From the NCBI GenBank assembly GCA_035546575.1, contig DASZWN010000002.1:257056-321055 (forward strand): a stretch of 64,000 bases of DNA. Direction: 5' to 3'. Source of the DNA: Minisyncoccota bacterium (lineage in GTDB: Bacteria > Patescibacteriota > Minisyncoccia > Phycocordibacterales > SBAW01). Position numbers and translations under genes: made by a program. Below the pieces are notes generated by a model that worked only from the letters and a program-made list of their open reading frames with translations, was not told the DNA's origin and did not search any database. Shown here in pieces: positions 59,271-64,000 of this stretch. Numbering within the stretch: the first letter of the stretch is position 1; each line of letters begins with the position of its first letter.

Positions 59271-59912
59271 ATGAGAGAGAAAGTCCTTATTGCAACGGTA
59301 GGTATTGTGACGCTGGCGGCAGCGGGGGTGTTTGCCTCTACCTTTGCGCATGCAATGTGGTACTCCTCTCCAGACGACATCGAGGTTGCGGCCAGTCCAA
59401 CTGTTTGGGGCGATGCCGCCTCAGCCACCGCAACCTCAACAACCGGTAGCTATGTGCTGCGCGACTCGGGTATGCGTTTGAGGATCCCCGCTATTGCGCT
59501 TGATGCTCGCGTGCAGAGTGTCGGTGTTTCCAAAAGCGGCAATATGGCGGTGCCGACCAATTACACCGACGTGGGCTGGTATCGAGGCGGAACCAAGCCG
59601 GGCGATATCGGTAGCGCTGTGATTAACGGACACGTGGATAATGGATTTGGGTTACCAGCAGTGTTTCGCCATCTGACTGACCTTTCAGTTGGCAGCGATA
59701 TTTTTATAGAAACAGCCGGGGGCAAAGAGCTCCATTTTGTAGTAACCGACATAGAGACATATGCCGCGAGCGATGTGCCGCTCGACGAGCTCTTCAACCG
59801 CAGCGATACAGCAAGGCTTAATCTGATAACCTGTGCCGGAGAATGGCTACCCGACAGGCAGGCCTACGACCACCGCACAGTCGTATATAGCGAGCTCATG
59901 AATGACAACTGA
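59271..59912 (+). CDS. Class F sortase
   Basis: LRIPAI, VGWY, GSAVINGHVD, LNLITC and HR. Confidence 0.9.
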   Translation: MREKVLIATVGIVTLAAAGVFASTFAHAMWYSSPDDIEVAASPTVWGDAASATATSTTGSYVLRDSGMRLRIPAIALDARVQSVGVSKSGNMAVPTNYTDVGWYRGGTKPGDIGSAVINGHVDNGFGLPAVFRHLTDLSVGSDIFIETAGGKELHFVVTDIETYAASDVPLDELFNRSDTARLNLITCAGEWLPDRQAYDHRTVVYSELMNDN

Positions 59913-59939
59913 GCACTTTTTTGCTATCGTTTCTTCGAC

Positions 59940-60015
59940 GCGCGGTTAGCTCAGTTGGTAGAGCGTCCCCTTGACGTGGGGAAGGTCACAGGTTCGATCC
60001 CTGTATCGCGCACCA
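59940..60015 (+). tRNA. tRNA-Val(GAC)
   Basis: TCCCC-TTGACGT-GGGGA; CCA encoded. Confidence 0.95.
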
Positions 60016-60794
60016 TGAAACTGGTGTCGCTAAACGCATGGGGCGGGACTCAATTCAACCAGCTGCTTTCTTTTGTAGAAAAGCACGCAAACTCCACCGA
60101 CGTCTTTTGCTTTCAGGAAGTAGCGGTATCCGAGCGTATACAGAGCAAGGAAGAAAAACCTCGCCATAACTTATTGCGCGACTTATCTGAAGTGCTGCCT
60201 GGATTCCAGGTTATATATGCTCCATTTCAAGAAGGATTTAATTGGGAGCCTATAGAAAAAGATATTGCCTTGTGTAACGCAATGTTTGTTCGCAATGGTC
60301 TTAACATTCTTGAGCACGGCCATGTATTTGTGCACGGCGAAAAGAACGGTTTAGACTTTGCGCAGGCAGCAGAGGGCAACTGGTATACCATGCCTCGCCT
60401 GGTGCAGTTTACGCAGATAGATGGCTTCCCCACTATTTTTAACTTCCACGGTTTTTGGCATAAAGACGGCAAGCACGACACGCCCGAACGCATCAAACAG
60501 TCTGAGAAAATAGTCGAGGTTGTACAAAAGTTTAATAATCCGCGCATTTTGTGCGGAGACTTTAACCTCAATATCGATACCGAAAGTCTGGCTATGCTTG
60601 AAGACCGCGGCGGTCTGCGCAACTTAATCAAGGATCACAAAATTGGCACGACCCGCAGCGACCTGTATCCTAAAAAGTCGATCATGCCCTATGCCGACTA
60701 TATGTTTGTCTCGCCCGATATTACTATCAACTCCTTTTCGGTACCCGATGAGCCGGCATCCGACCATTTGCCCATGATCCTTGAATTCAAATGA
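60015..60794 (+). CDS. Endonuclease/exonuclease/phosphatase family protein
   Basis: SLNAWGG, FCFQE, CGDFN, DYMF and SDH. Confidence 0.9.
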   Translation: MKLVSLNAWGGTQFNQLLSFVEKHANSTDVFCFQEVAVSERIQSKEEKPRHNLLRDLSEVLPGFQVIYAPFQEGFNWEPIEKDIALCNAMFVRNGLNILEHGHVFVHGEKNGLDFAQAAEGNWYTMPRLVQFTQIDGFPTIFNFHGFWHKDGKHDTPERIKQSEKIVEVVQKFNNPRILCGDFNLNIDTESLAMLEDRGGLRNLIKDHKIGTTRSDLYPKKSIMPYADYMFVSPDITINSFSVPDEPASDHLPMILEFK

Positions 60795-61960
60795 AAATCC
60801 TGGCAATAGAGACCTCGTGCGACGAGACCGGCATTGCCCTGCTTGAGGGAGAAAAAACCTCTGGCGGCTTTGCATTCACCATTCTAAAAGACGTACTACT
60901 TTCGCAGGCACAGCTGCATGCTGAGTATGGCGGCGTCTTCCCTAACCTCGCCAAGCGCGAGCATCAGAAAAACCTCCCTATATTGTTTGAGCAGTTTAAA
61001 GACGAGAAGGTAGACGCAATTGCAGTAACTCACGGCCCAGGGCTTGAGCCGGCACTCTGGACTGGTATCGAGTTTGCTAAAAAACTAGCAGAAGAGTGGC
61101 AAGTACCACTTTTGCCTACCAACCACATGGAGGGGCATCTTATTTCCTCTTTAATAAAACATTCTCAAATTCTCGAGAATTTGAGAATAAGTGTTGGGAC
61201 ACTCTCTGGCATCAAGCTACCAGTTCTGGGGCTGCTCGTATCAGGCGGCCACACAGAGTTTGTGCTTATGAAAGAGTGGTTTGAGTACGAAATAATCGGC
61301 GAGACACTCGACGACGCCGTGGGCGAGGCATTCGACAAAGTTGCGCGTATGCTCGGCCTACCGTACCCGGGAGGCCCACACATCTCAAAACTCGCAGCAC
61401 AATCGCGCCTGCAGGCAGAAAATTCTGACAAAGGTCCTCGGGTCTCCCGTATCGCAATTCCGTCTTTGCGGAATTCTCTCGGGCCAGACCATTTGCCAGA
61501 ACATTCTGCCTTTCGGCTCCCCCGCCCTATGATCAATACAGACTCATGCGATGTTTCTTTCTCCGGCCTTAAGACCGCTGCGCTTTACATGCTGCGCGAC
61601 ATGGGCGGGATACAAACATTATCTGCAGACCAAGTAGCCGACTTTGCCCGCGAGTTTGAGGACGCGGTTGGAGATATCTTTTCTGCCAAAACGCTGCGGG
61701 CACTTGAGCAGACGAGTGCAAAAACATTTGTAATTGGTGGCGGTGTTGCAGCAAATAGTTATTTACGCGCGAAACTTGGCGCAGTGGTTGCAAAAGAGTT
61801 CCCTGAGGTTGAGTTTAAACTCCCTGAGCATGCAATAACCGGCGACAACGCAATCATGATTGGCGAAGCCGCGCTAGCCCGCCGCCTTAGTGGCCTCGAC
61901 GACTCTAAATTTGAAGAAATCCGCGCCCAAGGCCAACTCTCGATTTCATCGCAGAAATAA
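60791..61960 (+). CDS. tsaD: tRNA threonylcarbamoyltransferase TsaD (with in-frame repeat insertion)
   Basis: IETSCDET, NHMEGH, VSGGHT, DDAVGEAFDKVAR and DNAIMI. Confidence 0.96.
   Translation: MKILAIETSCDETGIALLEGEKTSGGFAFTILKDVLLSQAQLHAEYGGVFPNLAKREHQKNLPILFEQFKDEKVDAIAVTHGPGLEPALWTGIEFAKKLAEEWQVPLLPTNHMEGHLISSLIKHSQILENLRISVGTLSGIKLPVLGLLVSGGHTEFVLMKEWFEYEIIGETLDDAVGEAFDKVARMLGLPYPGGPHISKLAAQSRLQAENSDKGPRVSRIAIPSLRNSLGPDHLPEHSAFRLPRPMINTDSCDVSFSGLKTAALYMLRDMGGIQTLSADQVADFAREFEDAVGDIFSAKTLRALEQTSAKTFVIGGGVAANSYLRAKLGAVVAKEFPEVEFKLPEHAITGDNAIMIGEAALARRLSGLDDSKFEEIRAQGQLSISSQK
61413..61511. repeat. Multi-hairpin element family B, copy 3 (in frame in tsaD)
   Basis: GTCCTCGGGTCTCCCGTATCGCAATTCCG...CGGAATT...CGGGCCAGAC is the reverse complement of the family B core. 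Confidence 0.85.
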
Positions 61961-61975
61961 CGTAAACTGGGCTTC

Positions 61976-64000
61976 ATGCCTGAGAAGTTTCTAAAGCCTT
62001 ACGACCATACCGCCGTTGAGGGCCCCATCTACAAAAAATGGGAGGATTCCGGCTACTTTAACCCAGACAATCTGCCCGTTCGACTAGACGCTCAGGGCAA
62101 GCCGATGCCTCAAGAGACATTCTCTATAATCCTGCCGCCGCCAAACGTAACCGGCACGCTGCACCTCGGCCACGCCTATGAAGACGCGCTCCAGGACACC
62201 GTCGTGCGCTTTAAGCGCATGCTGGGATACAAAACACTCTGGGTGCCAGGTGCCGACTCTGCCGCTATTGCAACGCAGTCAAAAGTCGAAACCAATCTAT
62301 ATAAAGAGGAGGGCAAAACCCGCTACGACATCGGCCGCGACGAGCTGATGGAGCGCATCAAAAAGTTTACCGAGGAGAGTAAAAACACGATTCTCAACCA
62401 GGTGCGCCGCATGGGCTCCAGCCTCGACTGGAGCCGCTTTGCATACACGCTGGACGAAACTAGAAACAAAGCAGTAAACGAGGCGTTTGTACGCATGTTC
62501 AATGCCGACTTGATTTACCGCGGCGAGCGCATTGTTAACTGGGACCCGCGCATGCAGACCACGATCTCCGACGATGAGATCGAGCACAAAGAGCAAGTAG
62601 ATCCGTTCTACTACTTCCAATATGGCCCGTTTGTAATAGGCACCGTGCGGCCGGAAACAAAATTCGGTGACAAGTACGTAGTGATGCACCCGAACGACAA
62701 GCGCTATGCACAATATACACACGGCCAAAAAATTGAGCTTGAGTGGATCAATGGTCCGATTACCGCAACGGTTATCAAGGACGAAGCCGGCGACATGGAG
62801 TTTGGAAGCGGCGTTATGACCATCACTCCCGCGCACAGCGGCGTCGACTTTGAGATAGCGCAGCGCCATAAACTCGACTTTGAGCCGGTGATTGACTCAA
62901 AGGGCAAGCTCCTCCCCATTGCAGGCGAGTTTGCAGGCATGCACATCAAGAAAGCGCGGCCGCTGATTGTCGAAAAGCTCAAAGAAAAGGGTCTGCTCGT
63001 AAAGATAGACGAAAAGTATACGCACAATGTGGCGGTCAACAGCCGCGGCGGCGAGATGATCGAGCCGCAGCTCAAATTCCAGTGGTTTGTCGATGTGAAC
63101 AAAGAGTTTGTAATCCCTGACTCAGAGATACCGGGCATTGAGTCGGGCTCTACCACAACGCTCAAAAAACTTATGCGTGCGGCGGTTGAGCACAAAGGCA
63201 TGGTTATACTCCCCGACCATTTTGAAAAAATCTACTACCACTGGATCGACAACTTGCGCGACTGGTGCATCTCGCGCCAGATCTGGTTTGGGCACCGCAT
63301 CCCTGTGTGGTATCGCGGCGAGGAAGCCAGCGTAGGTAAGCCTGGCGAGGGCGAGGGCTGGGAGCAGGACCCAGATACGCTAGACACATGGTTCTCGTCT
63401 GGCTTATGGCCTATGTCGACGCTTGGCTGGCCGGAAGAGACATCTGACCTAAAGACGTATTTCCCTAACAGCATGATGGCGCCGGGATACGAGATACTCT
63501 TTTTCTGGGTAGCGCGTATGGTATTGATGTGCGGGTTTTTGCGCGGAGCAATCCCCTTCAAGACGGTATTCCTCCACGGTATTGTGCGCGACAAAAACGG
63601 AAAGAAGTTTAGCAAATCGATGGGTAACGGTATCGACCCGCTCGATATGATCGAAAAGTACGGCACCGATGCGCTGCGCATGTCCTTGCTTGTTGGGGCT
63701 GCAGCTGGAAGCGACATTAAATTTGATGAGGCTCGCGTTAAAGGCTATAAGCTTTTTGCAAACAAACTCTGGAACATTACGCGCTTTGTGTTTGATAACG
63801 CGAGCGACGCATCTGCAGACGCTCCGTTTACCCTAAAAGACGCAGAACGCGCGACCCAGTTTAAGGCGCTCGCACTCGATGTAACCAAAGACCTTGAGGA
63901 GTACCGCCTGTATATGGCAGCAGAAAAGCTCTACCACTATCTCTGGGATATTTTTGCCGCGGACATGATCGAGGAGAGCAAGCCGATATTCAAGACAGGC
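61976..64000 (+). CDS. valS: Valine--tRNA ligase (runs off the window; absent from the ORF track)
   Basis: MPEKFLKPY..., PPPNVTGTLHLGHA, DWCISRQIWFGHRIP, DTWFSS and KFSKSMGN. Confidence 0.97.
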   Translation, partial: MPEKFLKPYDHTAVEGPIYKKWEDSGYFNPDNLPVRLDAQGKPMPQETFSIILPPPNVTGTLHLGHAYEDALQDTVVRFKRMLGYKTLWVPGADSAAIATQSKVETNLYKEEGKTRYDIGRDELMERIKKFTEESKNTILNQVRRMGSSLDWSRFAYTLDETRNKAVNEAFVRMFNADLIYRGERIVNWDPRMQTTISDDEIEHKEQVDPFYYFQYGPFVIGTVRPETKFGDKYVVMHPNDKRYAQYTHGQKIELEWINGPITATVIKDEAGDMEFGSGVMTITPAHSGVDFEIAQRHKLDFEPVIDSKGKLLPIAGEFAGMHIKKARPLIVEKLKEKGLLVKIDEKYTHNVAVNSRGGEMIEPQLKFQWFVDVNKEFVIPDSEIPGIESGSTTTLKKLMRAAVEHKGMVILPDHFEKIYYHWIDNLRDWCISRQIWFGHRIPVWYRGEEASVGKPGEGEGWEQDPDTLDTWFSSGLWPMSTLGWPEETSDLKTYFPNSMMAPGYEILFFWVARMVLMCGFLRGAIPFKTVFLHGIVRDKNGKKFSKSMGNGIDPLDMIEKYGTDALRMSLLVGAAAGSDIKFDEARVKGYKLFANKLWNITRFVFDNASDASADAPFTLKDAERATQFKALALDVTKDLEEYRLYMAAEKLYHYLWDIFAADMIEESKPIFKTG

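Overview
This 64-kb window looks like a gene-dense chromosome segment of a Patescibacteria (CPR, Parcubacteria-like) bacterium. That assignment is inferred from the TrbC/VirB2-like pilin clusters, the shortened core proteins and the many apparently leaderless genes; the genetic code is standard. It carries housekeeping genes (dnaX, dusB, serS, dprA, topA, rel, parB, miaA, rpmG, clpB, iscS-like, infB, rbfA, gyrA, rpsA, pth, lepB, rpsU, ybeY, ftsA, ftsZ, trxB, tsaD, partial valS) and 11 tRNAs. It also carries stand-alone accessory cassettes: pyrF-pyrE, an alphaproteobacterial-looking glmS, MOSC, SPFH-like and Tat-signal proteins, and a class F sortase with a tiny substrate. The most striking signal is a set of small non-autonomous structured repeats. 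(1) A 20-bp palindrome CCTGCCTRCCGGYAGGCAGG occurs in 8 copies; 5 lie in frame inside core genes (LPAGRQ in TopA, MiaA, GyrA, Pth; LPTGQAG in RpsA), and one sits in a duplicated tRNA-Leu 5' half next to a small GIY-YIG nuclease gene, which provides an empty-site control. (2) Several ~100-120-bp multi-hairpin elements lie in frame in dusB, tsaD and trxB or next to tRNAs; their outer stems appear to be inverted copies of the local host sequence (A...A'-core-A architecture). A duplicated ECF-type promoter motif and a candidate ~130-nt structured RNA lie around an ECF sigma/Hsp20 module. No CRISPR array, rRNA or transposase was seen.
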